64,000 bases of DNA from an uncultured Prevotella sp. (GCA_900314195.1 OMUH01000021.1:457-64456); one strand, 5' to 3'; positions 20,378 through 30,006 are shown, numbered from the stretch's first letter. Notes: a model not told the origin generated them from the sequence alone. Made by a program: numbers and translations.

Positions 20378-21736
20378 ATGACGTCAGTACCATCATTCCC
20401 GTCTCTTGAGGATTATGTGCGGCATTACGCTGCCGCCGTGCCGTCGCGCCCTGCCGCAGAACATAACGGCACCGTGATTACTTATTCTTCTCTCTGGCAG
20501 GCCGTTGAGCGCCGCGCTGAAGAGCTGCGTGCCGCCGGCGTGCGGGCCGGCAGCCTTTATCCTTTTCTTACTGAGCAGAACACAGATTTCCTCGTTACCT
20601 ATCTGGCCGTTCATGCCGTTGGCGCCGCTGCCGTGCCGTTGGGACATGAGCTGCCTGCCGCTGAATATGATGCCGTGTCGGCGGTGTGCCGCCGTGCCGT
20701 GCTGCCGCATGCCGTTGATGACGGTGAGAACATAGCCGACGTGCTCTTCACCACGGGCTCTACGGGACAGCGCAAGGGCGTCATGACAAGTATGCGGGCT
20801 TTGCTGGGCGATGCCGACAATCTTATTTGCGGGCAGGGCTTCTCCGCCGACACTGTGTTTGTGGTCTGCGGACCGCTTAACCACATCGGCAGTCTGTCAA
20901 AGGTATGGCCGGTGCTGATGACGGGCGGCACGCTGCGCATCCTTGACGGACTGAAGGACATGAATGCCCTTTTCCGTGCCTTTGACGGCAAGCGGCCTGT
21001 GGCAACGTTCCTCGTTCCGGCTGCCATTCGTCTGCTCCTGCGCGCCGGCGGCGTATCGCTGCGCCGTATCAGCGGCTGCACCGACTTCATAGAGACCGGC
21101 GGCGCTGCCGTTTCGCAATCAGACATGGAGGCCATGTGCGATGCCTTTCCGTCGTCGCGGCTGTATAACACATACGCTTCTACAGAGACGGGTATCGTAA
21201 CCACATACGACTATAACCACAACCCCTGTGTGAGCGGCTGTCTCGGCAGGGCTCTCAGGCATTCGTCGTTCGCCGTGCTCAGCGACGGACGGCTGACGTG
21301 CAGCGGCGACACCGTGATGAGCGGATACCTTGATGACACTGAAGGCATCACCGCACAGGTGCTGCGCGGCGGCACTGTTTACACTTCCGATCTCGCACAG
21401 ACAGACAGCCTCGGACAGCTGCATCTCACGGGGCGTGCCGGCGATGTAATCAACATCGGCGGGTATAAGGTCTCGCCGACAGAAGTTGAAGAGGCGGCTC
21501 TGGCTGCCGGAGGTGTCGGCGACTGCATCTGCGCGCCGTTCCGTTCGCCGCTCTTCGGCGATACAATAAAACTGTGGTATGTGGCCGATGCTTCCGTCAC
21601 AAAACAGCAGCTCGCGCGCTGGCTTGCCGCACGCCTCGAGGGCTATAAGGTACCGCGAGTGTTCGAGCAGGTTGATGAAATAAAACATCTTTTCAACGGC
21701 AAGCCCGACAGAAAATACTATAATCAGCAGAAATAG
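20378..21736 (+). CDS. AMP-dependent acyl-CoA/acyl-ACP ligase (ANL family)
   Basis: FTTGSTGQRKG, YASTETG, TSDL, GRAGDVINIGGYKVSPTEVE, NGKPDR. Confidence 0.9.
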   Translation: MTSVPSFPSLEDYVRHYAAAVPSRPAAEHNGTVITYSSLWQAVERRAEELRAAGVRAGSLYPFLTEQNTDFLVTYLAVHAVGAAAVPLGHELPAAEYDAVSAVCRRAVLPHAVDDGENIADVLFTTGSTGQRKGVMTSMRALLGDADNLICGQGFSADTVFVVCGPLNHIGSLSKVWPVLMTGGTLRILDGLKDMNALFRAFDGKRPVATFLVPAAIRLLLRAGGVSLRRISGCTDFIETGGAAVSQSDMEAMCDAFPSSRLYNTYASTETGIVTTYDYNHNPCVSGCLGRALRHSSFAVLSDGRLTCSGDTVMSGYLDDTEGITAQVLRGGTVYTSDLAQTDSLGQLHLTGRAGDVINIGGYKVSPTEVEEAALAAGGVGDCICAPFRSPLFGDTIKLWYVADASVTKQQLARWLAARLEGYKVPRVFEQVDEIKHLFNGKPDRKYYNQQK

Positions 21737-21740
21737 AAAA

Positions 21741-21812
21741 TTATCACGCAGGTGATAATTCTTTATCACAGTGATGATAATATTTTATCACGCTGGTGAT
21801 AAAATATTATCT
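21741..21812. repeat. 22-bp-period array of palindromes TTATCAC-N4-GTGATAA
   Basis: Units at 21741, 21763 (one mismatch) and 21785, plus a partial unit at 21807. Confidence 0.85.
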
Positions 21813-21997
21813 GACTGATGCGTACAGTCACAAGTATTTGTTTTCAATATGGCTTTTTTGCAATGAAACAAGTACTTATGTTTTTTATGAATTATTAACT
21901 GCTGTTTTTTCTTTGTGCTGATATTATATTGCTATGTTTGCCGCGAAAATATAAAAAAGGATATCAATATTTTTTACGTATAAACATCTTTTTTGTT

Positions 21998-23152
21998 ATG
22001 AGAAAAATTAAGTTGCTTACTGTGGCATTGTTCATGCTCTTTGCTGCTGTGCCGGCAGTTAGCGCCGGTGTTCCTTCTGTGCCGCTTACGGAGTTGAGAA
22101 ATTATTTCCACAACAATACTGCCTCGCTGCCATCATCGCCTCTTATCACTACGAAGAAGGAGTTTGACGCTCAGTTTGACATGGCTGCCTTCATGGGCAA
22201 GGACGGACAGCCCACGCCGGTAAACTTCAAGAAGCAGGCCGTCATTGCCGTGGTGCTTCCCGAGACTGATGTCGAGACGGAGATAGACTCCGTAAGCCTT
22301 ACGCAGACGGGCAGCAAAGAGCTGACGCTGACATATATTATCAGCCGCGGGCTGAAGCGCGGCTTCTACACTCAGCCAATGTGCATCTATGCCGTCAGCA
22401 GGAAATATGCCGGATATAAGGTTGTCACGAAAGCTGTTGAGCGCCAGGACGTGTCGCTGACGTCTGAGCCGCTGGACGTCATTACATATTCTTCTCCCGT
22501 ACGCGGCATACACATCCAGGCAGATGTGCCTGCCGGCAACGACCGTCTGTCGGCTGTGGTGAGAGATTCTATAGTGGCAAGGTTTAATGCCTGGCAGAAG
22601 GACTGGGTGCGCCAGACCGACAACACATCGCTCAGCCTCGCCGACCCCTGTGCTGCCGACCTTCAACAAGCCGTAAGCACATGTGCCTCCAACCTGTGGG
22701 CTGTGATGACCGACTGCAACGACGAGCTCAAAAAGGCTGTTCCGGACCTTCGCCGCAGTTGTGAGGCTGATCTCACTGTGCGCCGCTCCGACGAGACCGG
22801 CCGCTATGTGACATACGAGTTTGTTATCTACAACTTCTACGGCGGTGCCCATGGCCTGAGCTCACACAGCGGTATAACGTTTGACAAGAAGACCTGTCAG
22901 CCCATGACGCTCGTCAATGGCGACGAGACCCTTTGCAAGCTCATCACAGAGCGCCTGCACCGTGACTATGACAGCGTGGAGTTTGAAAAAGAGCCTGTTC
23001 CCATGCCGCAGACGCTGCCGTTCATGAAAGACGGCAAAATAGTGTTCATCTATCAGCCGTATGAGATAGGCCCGTTCGCTCTCGGTATGCCGGAGTGCTC
23101 GTTCTATCCGTATGAGATAGAAAAATGGCTCACTGACAAAACTGTTTATTAA
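21998..23152 (+). CDS. Exported protein with C-terminal DUF3298/RsiV-like domain
   Basis: Signal peptide from MRKIKLL; YGGAHGL, ITFDKKT, FIYQPYEIGPFALGMP. Confidence 0.75.
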   Translation: MRKIKLLTVALFMLFAAVPAVSAGVPSVPLTELRNYFHNNTASLPSSPLITTKKEFDAQFDMAAFMGKDGQPTPVNFKKQAVIAVVLPETDVETEIDSVSLTQTGSKELTLTYIISRGLKRGFYTQPMCIYAVSRKYAGYKVVTKAVERQDVSLTSEPLDVITYSSPVRGIHIQADVPAGNDRLSAVVRDSIVARFNAWQKDWVRQTDNTSLSLADPCAADLQQAVSTCASNLWAVMTDCNDELKKAVPDLRRSCEADLTVRRSDETGRYVTYEFVIYNFYGGAHGLSSHSGITFDKKTCQPMTLVNGDETLCKLITERLHRDYDSVEFEKEPVPMPQTLPFMKDGKIVFIYQPYEIGPFALGMPECSFYPYEIEKWLTDKTVY

Positions 23153-23172
23153 AAAGAGTTTATTAAAAATAT

Positions 23173-23574
23173 ATGACTGACGAAGAAATGACTCGGCTGA
23201 AGAATATGCTCTCAGCACTTCAGATTAACGGGAACATAGAGCAGCTGAACCTCGGCGATGGCACAATAAACCATTATGGCAGTGCTGCAGAAGACCGTGA
23301 GGCGTCCGCCGCACAAAAAGATGACGATGCATTTATGCAGTCGCTGCGCAATGTCATTGCCGACATCAGGGGCAAGCGCGTGTTCAAGTATGCACATCTT
23401 TATTTCTATCTTGTGCGTGAGCAGCAGTGGCCGCTGATGAATGCCAAGCAGTTCGGTGAGCGCATAGAAGATCTTTCCGGCGTGTCGGCCGAAACCGTGC
23501 GCAAGAGCGGTGACTACACCCGCACCACACCTGCCGATGAGGCAGCCATAAAAGCCATCGCAGCTTATTTCTGA
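23173..23574 (+). CDS. Hypothetical protein (133 aa)
   Basis: AT-rich leader, plausible codon usage, followed by a terminator hairpin. Confidence 0.65.
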   Translation: MTDEEMTRLKNMLSALQINGNIEQLNLGDGTINHYGSAAEDREASAAQKDDDAFMQSLRNVIADIRGKRVFKYAHLYFYLVREQQWPLMNAKQFGERIEDLSGVSAETVRKSGDYTRTTPADEAAIKAIAAYF

Positions 23575-23610
23575 CGGAACAGAAGCTGATGGCGTCTTGC
23601 TGATTATGTA

Positions 23611-23665
23611 AGAAAAAGTCCGGCGGTTGCACAATGTGCGGCTGCCGGACTTTTCTGATTTTTTC
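23611..23665 (+). terminator. Intrinsic terminator
   Basis: AAAAGTCCGGCGGTTGCAC...GTGCGGCTGCCGGACTTTT hairpin followed by a T-rich tract. Confidence 0.7.
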
Positions 23666-23737
23666 GTTGACAGCTACGTGTATCACTCTGTTCTCTTCCA
23701 TTGTAAGTAAAGTCCGGGCTGGTGAAAACCGTGAAAT

Positions 23738-23808
23738 AAGAAATTACTGCAATACTTAAAAGTGAGTATATTTATATTACTAACTTTTGAGTATTGCAGT
23801 AATTTCTT
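23738..23808. repeat. 26-bp inverted repeat with ~19-bp spacer
   Basis: AAGAAATTACTGCAATACTTAAAAGT ... ACTTTTGAGTATTGCAGTAATTTCTT (one mismatch). Confidence 0.85.
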
Positions 23809-23977
23809 AAAGCCATTATTTTGCACCTGTGTTTTTGACATTCGGCCGGGATAACATATTAATGGCTGTATGTCGCACGCAATCATCCAGTTATGATGAC
23901 ATGGAAAATGCCCCGGCATTAACCGTGCGTCTGGCTGAGCATTAACCACTGCTTACTGTTTTATATTTAACCACATT

Positions 23978-24029
23978 TGTTTCAATAAACTGTTTCAATA
24001 AACTGTTTCAATAAACTGTTTCAATAAAC
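23978..24029. repeat. Tandem repeat (TGTTTCAATAAAC)x4
   Basis: Four exact 13-bp copies. Confidence 0.95.
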
Positions 24030-24180
24030 CATAATATCAATATACTGTTTTTTCGCTAAACCGTGTTTTTTTGATAAGCCAAAATATCATCTGCCTTGCT
24101 GAAGCAGTCTTTTTATTACTCAATATAATAGAATTGCTGCAATATTGCGATTGCGCATGTTGCATGCTTTCAATCTTTTT

Positions 24181-24480
24181 ATGATGCGATATTTCTTATT
24201 TGTCGTACTGTTTATGCATGCGTTGCTGCTGTCATCGCAGACGATTACCTTCCGTGTTATCGATGCGTCTGACGGCACACCTGTGGCAGGAGCCACTCTG
24301 CGCCTTGACGGCTGCCGTCTTTATGCCACCGGACTTGCCCAGGGCGATGACACTGCGCTGACCATAGGCAGCGAGGCGCTCACCTTCCCGACGACGGACG
24401 CTGGTACCGCCCCGACGGCACTGCCGTCAGTGAGCCCTCGCACGGCATATACATACACAACGGCCACAAGGTGGTTATCC
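24181..24480 (+). pseudogene. Remnant of an exported CarboxypepD_reg-like / TonB-receptor N-terminus
   Basis: Signal peptide followed by QTITFRVIDASDGTPVAGATL, then degenerates with no barrel. Confidence 0.45.
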
Positions 24481-24775
24481 CGTAAAAAAGCTATAATATA
24501 TATAATATGTGTGTTTATTCCTTCCGGCGGTGTGCGCCGTCTCTGTAAGATGTTTTTTTTGTTGGTACTGTCGCCGGCCTCTTCGCGGCCGTCCTCAGCG
24601 CAATGTTGCTGTTGATGTTTGTTTGCGTGGGTCGGATAGCGGAGAGCCGGTCTGTGAACGTCAGAAATGTATCAAAAAGTGCGGCATATGTGTCAAAAAG
24701 CAGTTGTGTGCGAACACAAACGTTTGATTTATATCAAGAATAACAATATTTTTCGACAAAAAAGGTGTGCAGCTA

Positions 24776-24806
24776 TTTGCTGTGACGCTGAAAGGTGATA
24801 CCTTTG
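24776..24806 (+). promoter_or_regulatory. Consensus Bacteroidota sigma-A promoter (-33 TTTG, -7 TACCTTTG)
   Basis: TTTG 24776-24779, 19-nt spacer, TACCTTTG 24799-24806; no ORF downstream before a terminator. Confidence 0.75.
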
Positions 24807-24811
24807 CAGTG

Positions 24812-25083
24812 TCAAAAGAAAAAATATAGGTTTTTAGGTTTTTAGATTGTTTAGGTAACAGGTATTAGTTAAGGTAAAAGAAAGATTGGATTTAGATAAC
24901 TAAGGTGTTAGTTAGGTAGAAAAGATTATTCAGATTTCAGGATTAACAGACATAGGTTTTTAGTTATTAGGTTATTAGATTTTAGGTTTTTAGGTTAACG
25001 TTTTAGATGTTTTAAAGAGATTTCGGCCGGGAGGCTGGAACTCTACGATGGGCGGGGAAGAAATTCTACCGCTTATTTTTTTT
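24812..25083 (+). ncRNA. Candidate ~270-nt ncRNA rich in UAGGU/UAGAU motifs
   Basis: Promoter upstream; C-poor body with frequent stop codons and 8 TAGGT, 4 TAGAT, 3 TAGTT; two 3' hairpins and a T-tract. Confidence 0.6.
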
Positions 25084-25413
25084 ATGGCAGTTTCTTGTTT
25101 TTCAATGCGTTATATTTCTACCCATGTATGGATAAAAAACAAGTCATGCTAAAAACAAAAATTCGCTGAACAGTTACGTAATTGGCTGATATTTGTAAGA
25201 AATCTTAATTTTCTTTGCTGAATGACATGTTTATGTTATCTTTGCATAAAAAGGCTGTGCTTTGCATAAAGGCTGTCTGTTTTTCAGTGGCAGTTGATTT
25301 GTGCTGGCTATAACATAATGGTCGCATTATATATAATAATGTGGAAAAAATCAGCATAAGAATGGCACGGCTGAAATGACAGCTGAGAAAAACAATCTGA
25401 ACAGATAAGAACA

Positions 25414-26259
25414 ATGAAGACATATTATGAGGTGAGGTATGCTGCCAGTCCGGAGGATGCGCGCAGCTATGACACCGAACGGCTTCGCCGTGATTTTCTT
25501 GTTGAAAATATTTTCCGTGAGGATGCCGTTACGATGGTTTACTCTATGTATGACCGTATGATAGTGGGCGGTGCGATGCCGAAAGACGAGGAGCTGCTTC
25601 TGGAGGCTATAGATCCGCTTAAGGCCGTGCATTTCACTGACCGCCGTGAGTTGGGAATATATAATGTAGGTTCTGTTCCGGCTGTGATAACCGCCGGCGG
25701 CGAGACATTTGAGCTTGGTTACAAGGAGGCTCTTTACATAGGTCGCGGCAGCAGGGACGTGAAGATGGCAAGCAAGGAGAAAGGAAAGCCGGCACTGCTG
25801 TATTTCAATTCCACGCCGGCACATACGGCATATCCGTCGCGCAAGGTGACGAAGGCAGATGCCGTCAGCGTTCACATGGGCTCTCTTGAGATGAGCAACG
25901 AACGCACTATAAACAAGATGCTTGTCAACCAGGTGCTGCCCACCTGCCAGCTGCAGATGGGCATGACGGAGCTTGCGCCGGGGTCGGTGTGGAACACCAT
26001 GCCGGCACATACGCACACGCGCAGGATGGAGGCATATTTCTATTTTGAGCTGCCCGGCGACCAGGCCGTGTGCCATCTGATGGGTGAGCCGCAGCAGACA
26101 CGACATATATGGATGCACAACAACGAGGCAGTGATTTCGCCGGAATGGAGCATACACTCTGCCGCGGCAACGCATAACTATACGTTTATATGGGGTATGG
26201 GCGGCGAGAACCTCGACTACGGCGACCAGGACGTATGCCAGATTACCGACCTGAGATAA
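25414..26259 (+). CDS. kduI: 4-deoxy-L-threo-5-hexosulose-uronate ketol-isomerase
   Basis: YDTERLRRDFL, WNTMPAHTHTRRMEAYFYF, SPEWSIHS, FIWGMGGEN. Confidence 0.95.
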   Translation: MKTYYEVRYAASPEDARSYDTERLRRDFLVENIFREDAVTMVYSMYDRMIVGGAMPKDEELLLEAIDPLKAVHFTDRRELGIYNVGSVPAVITAGGETFELGYKEALYIGRGSRDVKMASKEKGKPALLYFNSTPAHTAYPSRKVTKADAVSVHMGSLEMSNERTINKMLVNQVLPTCQLQMGMTELAPGSVWNTMPAHTHTRRMEAYFYFELPGDQAVCHLMGEPQQTRHIWMHNNEAVISPEWSIHSAAATHNYTFIWGMGGENLDYGDQDVCQITDLR

Positions 26260-26320
26260 CCACTACCGGAAGAACGAAACAAACGAACTGTAATTCTAAT
26301 TTTATATAAAACAAACAAAA

Positions 26321-27127
26321 ATGGATACATTCTCAAAGAATTTCTCACTTGAGGGCAAGGTGGCCCTCGTTACAGGTGCAGCCTACGGCATTGGCTTCGC
26401 CATTGCAGAGGCATACGCCCAGGCCGGCGCAAAGATAGCTTTCAACTGCCGTTCGCAGAAGCACATGGACCAGGCTCTGGCCGACTATAAGGCTAAGGGC
26501 ATAGATGCACGCGGATATATCTGCGACTGCACGAAGGAAGACGAGGTGAAGAAGATGGTTGAGGACATTGACAAGGAGCTTGGCACGATAGACATCCTCG
26601 TCAACAATGCCGGAATCATCAAGCGTATTCCTATGGAGGAGATGTCGGTAGAGGACTTCCGTCAGGTGGTTGACATAGACCTTAACGCACCGTTCATCGT
26701 GTCGAAGGCTGTCATCCCGGGCATGAAGAAGAAGGGCCATGGAAAGATTATCAACGTATGCTCAATGATGAGTGAGCTGGGCCGCGAGACAGTGTCGGCA
26801 TATGCAGCTGCCAAGGGCGGCCTGAAGATGCTGACCCGAAACATCTGCTCAGAGTTCGGTGAGTATAACATACAGTGCAACGGCATCGGCCCTGGTTATA
26901 TTGCTACGCCGCAGACCGCTCCGCTGCGTGAGCGTCAGCCGGACGGCAGCCGTCATCCGTTTGACAGCTTCATAGTAAGCAAGACGCCGGCAGCACGATG
27001 GGGTACGCCGGAGGATCTGATGGGACCGGCTGTGTTCCTTGCTTCTGATGCCAGTGACTTTGTGAACGGACATATTCTGTATGTCGACGGCGGTATCCTG
27101 GCTTACATCGGCAAGCAGCCGAAATAA
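26321..27127 (+). CDS. kduD: SDR oxidoreductase (2-keto-3-deoxygluconate / gluconate 5-dehydrogenase)
   Basis: TGAAYGIG, NNAG, YAAAKGG; directly downstream of kduI. Confidence 0.85.
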   Translation: MDTFSKNFSLEGKVALVTGAAYGIGFAIAEAYAQAGAKIAFNCRSQKHMDQALADYKAKGIDARGYICDCTKEDEVKKMVEDIDKELGTIDILVNNAGIIKRIPMEEMSVEDFRQVVDIDLNAPFIVSKAVIPGMKKKGHGKIINVCSMMSELGRETVSAYAAAKGGLKMLTRNICSEFGEYNIQCNGIGPGYIATPQTAPLRERQPDGSRHPFDSFIVSKTPAARWGTPEDLMGPAVFLASDASDFVNGHILYVDGGILAYIGKQPK

Positions 27128-27146
27128 TAAGGCATTGAGAAGTAGG

Positions 27147-27390
27147 GAAGATAACTTACGCAATTTTCAAACATTCCTGTGAATGTTTGTGCTCAGTGCC
27201 TTGGCGAGGCACATCATTGATTATATTTATGTTACGTTTCTCCTCGAGGAATGGCGTTGTGAGTATTCCCCGTGCTAAGGAGGCGAAGCGGGCGTAGCCC
27301 GGGTGTATGCAGAAGCCAGCTTTTTCAAGGCTGATAGTTGCTTGCACGTGGACAAAACACTTGCTTTAAAATATTGCGGAAGTTATTTTC
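27147..27390. repeat. MITE/REP-like element with imperfect 21-bp terminal inverted repeats
   Basis: GAAGATAACTTACGCAATTTT versus reverse complement of 27370-27390 GAAAATAACTTCCGCAATATT; contains TGCACGTGGACAAA identical to 2941-2954. Confidence 0.5.
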
Positions 27391-27400
27391 AGCATTACAT

Positions 27401-27442
27401 AAAAGAAGGCAGGGAAACATTGCGTTTCGCCTGCCTTCTTTT
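27401..27442. terminator. Bidirectional intrinsic terminator between kduD and hup
   Basis: AAAAGAAGGCAGG...CCTGCCTTCTTTT. Confidence 0.8.
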
Positions 27443-27491
27443 ATTATGATTTTTATTTCAAAAAAAACTTGAAAATTATTTTTTTACAGCT

Positions 27492-27767
27492 TTACTTGTT
27501 TACAGCTTCGTCGAGCTCTGCGCCGGCCTTGAACTTAACGCTCTTCTTGGCAGCGATCTTAATTTTCTCTTTTGTACGCGGGTTGATGCCCTCGTGAGCT
27601 GCGCGCTCGCTGATGCTGAATGTGCCGAAGCCGATAAGCTGGATTTTGTCACCGCCAGCAAGCACTTCCTTAATGGCTGTTACTGCTGCGTCATAACCTT
27701 TCTTGGCGTCAACTTTGCTGAGGCCTGACTTTTCGGCAATCTTGTCGATTAATTCTGTTTTGTTCAT
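27492..27767 (-). CDS. hup: DNA-binding protein HU
   Basis: MNKTELID, GFGTFS, GINPRTKEKIKIAAK; -7 element TATATTTG at 27827-27820. Confidence 0.95.
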   Translation of the reverse strand: MNKTELIDKIAEKSGLSKVDAKKGYDAAVTAIKEVLAGGDKIQLIGFGTFSISERAAHEGINPRTKEKIKIAAKKSVKFKAGAELDEAVNK

Positions 27768-27985
27768 TCCTTTTTATGTTTTTATTGTTAATAATATAAG
27801 TATTCGGGTTTTGACTTGGCAAATATATTAAAGAGAATTGACAAACCAAACAAAAATATAAAAAAAATGAATTTTTTGGCAATAAAAAGGTGTTTGCAGG
27901 CGCTGAAAGACTGCTATGACACATATTTTTCGTAATTTTGCAGCATTATTGCATTGTTGAATTTTTTTTCATAGGAATTACTATT

Positions 27986-28855
27986 ATGCGCGCTATACCT
28001 ACGGTGACAAGAAATCTGCTTATCATCAATCTCCTTTTGTTTCTTCTGAGACAGCTTCTTCTTGTTACACCTGTTTTCGGCGGTATGACTGTCGACCTGA
28101 ATAATGTGTTCGGACTGTATTTCATATTGACGCCGGAGTTTCATATCTGGCAGCCGCTTACATATATGTTCATGCACGGCGGCTGGACCCACGTAATATT
28201 GAACATGTTCATGCTGTGGATGTTCGGCGCTGTGATAGAACAAGTGTTCGGAGCAAGGAAATTCCTGTTTTATTATATCTTCTGCGGACTGGGCGCGGCA
28301 TTCATACAGGAGTTGATGCAGTTTGTCGGCGCTGTGCCGCCATACAGCTGCACGGTAGGTGCTTCAGGAGCAATCTATTCGCTGCTGATAGCCTTCGGCA
28401 TGTTGTTTCCTGAGGAGAGGATGTTCATCATACCTATTCCGGTGCCTATCAAGGCCAAGTGGATGGTGTTGGGCTCGATAATAATAGAGGCGTTGACAGG
28501 ACTGAGCGACGACGGCGTGGCTCACATGGCGCATCTGGGCGGCATGCTGTTCGGCTTTCTGCTGCTTGTCTATTGGAAGCACCGCTCGGGATCGTACGGC
28601 AGAGGTACGACGAATGTGTTCTCAAACCTGCAGAACAAATGGACGGGATATGTGAGGCACCGCTCGGAACAGCACAGGCGCAGGGATGACAATGCCAGTG
28701 CGCCCGCCGGCAGGCAGAGCGACTGGGACTACAACGCCCGCAAGAAACGCGAGCAGGACGAGATAGACCGCATTCTGGACAAGATACGGGCCAGTGGCTA
28801 TGACGCGCTGACAAAGGAGGAGAAGCAAAAGCTCTTTGACCAGAGCAGAAAATAA
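27986..28855 (+). CDS. Rhomboid intramembrane serine protease with charged C-terminal domain
   Basis: WQPLTYMFMHGGWTH, GASGA, AHMAHLGG; C-terminal EIDRILDKIRASGYDALTKEEK. Confidence 0.92.
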   Translation: MRAIPTVTRNLLIINLLLFLLRQLLLVTPVFGGMTVDLNNVFGLYFILTPEFHIWQPLTYMFMHGGWTHVILNMFMLWMFGAVIEQVFGARKFLFYYIFCGLGAAFIQELMQFVGAVPPYSCTVGASGAIYSLLIAFGMLFPEERMFIIPIPVPIKAKWMVLGSIIIEALTGLSDDGVAHMAHLGGMLFGFLLLVYWKHRSGSYGRGTTNVFSNLQNKWTGYVRHRSEQHRRRDDNASAPAGRQSDWDYNARKKREQDEIDRILDKIRASGYDALTKEEKQKLFDQSRK

Positions 28856-28914
28856 GACAGACTTTCCTCAAACCGTTTCTTTCAGTTGTTATTCAATCAA
28901 AAACAGTTTTTGAC

Positions 28915-30006
28915 ATGGGCATAAAGAAACTGTCGCGGAACGCTATTCTTACTGCCAACATCGTGGCCATCGTGCTGATGCTTGCCGTGGGTTACTCTGA
29001 CCGCATAAACCCGGCGGAGCACGCCACGCTTGCCGTGGCCGGACTGGCCTTCCCGGTGCTGCTGGCCGTCAACGTGGGGTTCCTGCTGTTCTGGCTGGTG
29101 ACGAAGCCAAGGCTTGTCATAGTGCCGTTCATAGGCTTTCTGATATGCTATGAGCCTGTGAGGGAATACACGCCGGTGAACATCCGCAGGGATGTGCCGG
29201 AGAAATCCATAAAGGTGCTGTCATATAATGTGTGGATGTTTGCGGGATGGGACGACGGCGACTCGACGAAGAACCCGATTCTCGACTATATAGTGGCACA
29301 GAATGCCGACATCGTCTGCCTGCAGGAGGCCAGTGCTGCCGAGGTGGGACTGGAGAAGATAAAGAAAACGCTCTACGCGCACTACCGCTACCACGATATG
29401 GAGTATCCTGACTCTGCAAAGAAGGGCACCTGCGTGGCGGTATATACGCGCTATCCCATAGTGGGAAAAGAACGCATCAGATATAAGTCGACCGGAAACA
29501 TGAGCATGGCCTACTGGCTGGACATTGACGGTGAGCGTGTGCTTCTGGTGAACAACCACCTCGAGACCACTGGTTTCTCGCCGGAGCAGAAGGAGAAGTT
29601 CCATCAGCTCGTGAAGGGCGAGATGGAGACGGACACTGCTGAGGCCACATCGAAATGGCTGATGGTGAAGCTTGCAGAGGGCATGCGCAAGAGGGCTCCG
29701 GAGGCCGACGCCGTGGCACGCTATGTGGCAAGGAAGGGAAAGGGACATCCCGTGATACTGTGCGGCGACTTCAACGACTCGCCGATATCATACGCTCACC
29801 ACACGATAGCCTCCCAGCTCACCGACTGCTATATCGCCACCGGCAACGGGCCGGGCATAAGCTATCACCGGATGGGCTTCTTTGTGAGGATTGACAACAT
29901 AATGTGCTCGGAGCATTTCGAGCCGTACGGCTGCCGCATAGACCGCAGCATCAGCAACTCAGACCATTATCCCATAATGTGCTGGCTGAAACGGCGCGGA
30001 AAATGA
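28915..30006 (+). CDS. Endonuclease/exonuclease/phosphatase family membrane protein
   Basis: N-terminal TMs; SYNV, DIVCLQE, CGDFND, RIDNI, SDHYP. Confidence 0.9.
   Translation: MGIKKLSRNAILTANIVAIVLMLAVGYSDRINPAEHATLAVAGLAFPVLLAVNVGFLLFWLVTKPRLVIVPFIGFLICYEPVREYTPVNIRRDVPEKSIKVLSYNVWMFAGWDDGDSTKNPILDYIVAQNADIVCLQEASAAEVGLEKIKKTLYAHYRYHDMEYPDSAKKGTCVAVYTRYPIVGKERIRYKSTGNMSMAYWLDIDGERVLLVNNHLETTGFSPEQKEKFHQLVKGEMETDTAEATSKWLMVKLAEGMRKRAPEADAVARYVARKGKGHPVILCGDFNDSPISYAHHTIASQLTDCYIATGNGPGISYHRMGFFVRIDNIMCSEHFEPYGCRIDRSISNSDHYPIMCWLKRRGK

Noticed and set aside
21741-21806. Resemblance to lambda operators (TATCAC...GTGATA)
   Set aside because: Spacing differs, and no phage repressor or other phage genes are nearby.
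21741-24029. Short repeat arrays as CRISPR
   Set aside because: No unique spacers between the repeats, and no cas genes in the window.
24826-25010. TTAGG telomere-like repeats from eukaryotic contamination
   Set aside because: Motifs are irregular rather than tandem and are bounded by a bacterial promoter and terminator.
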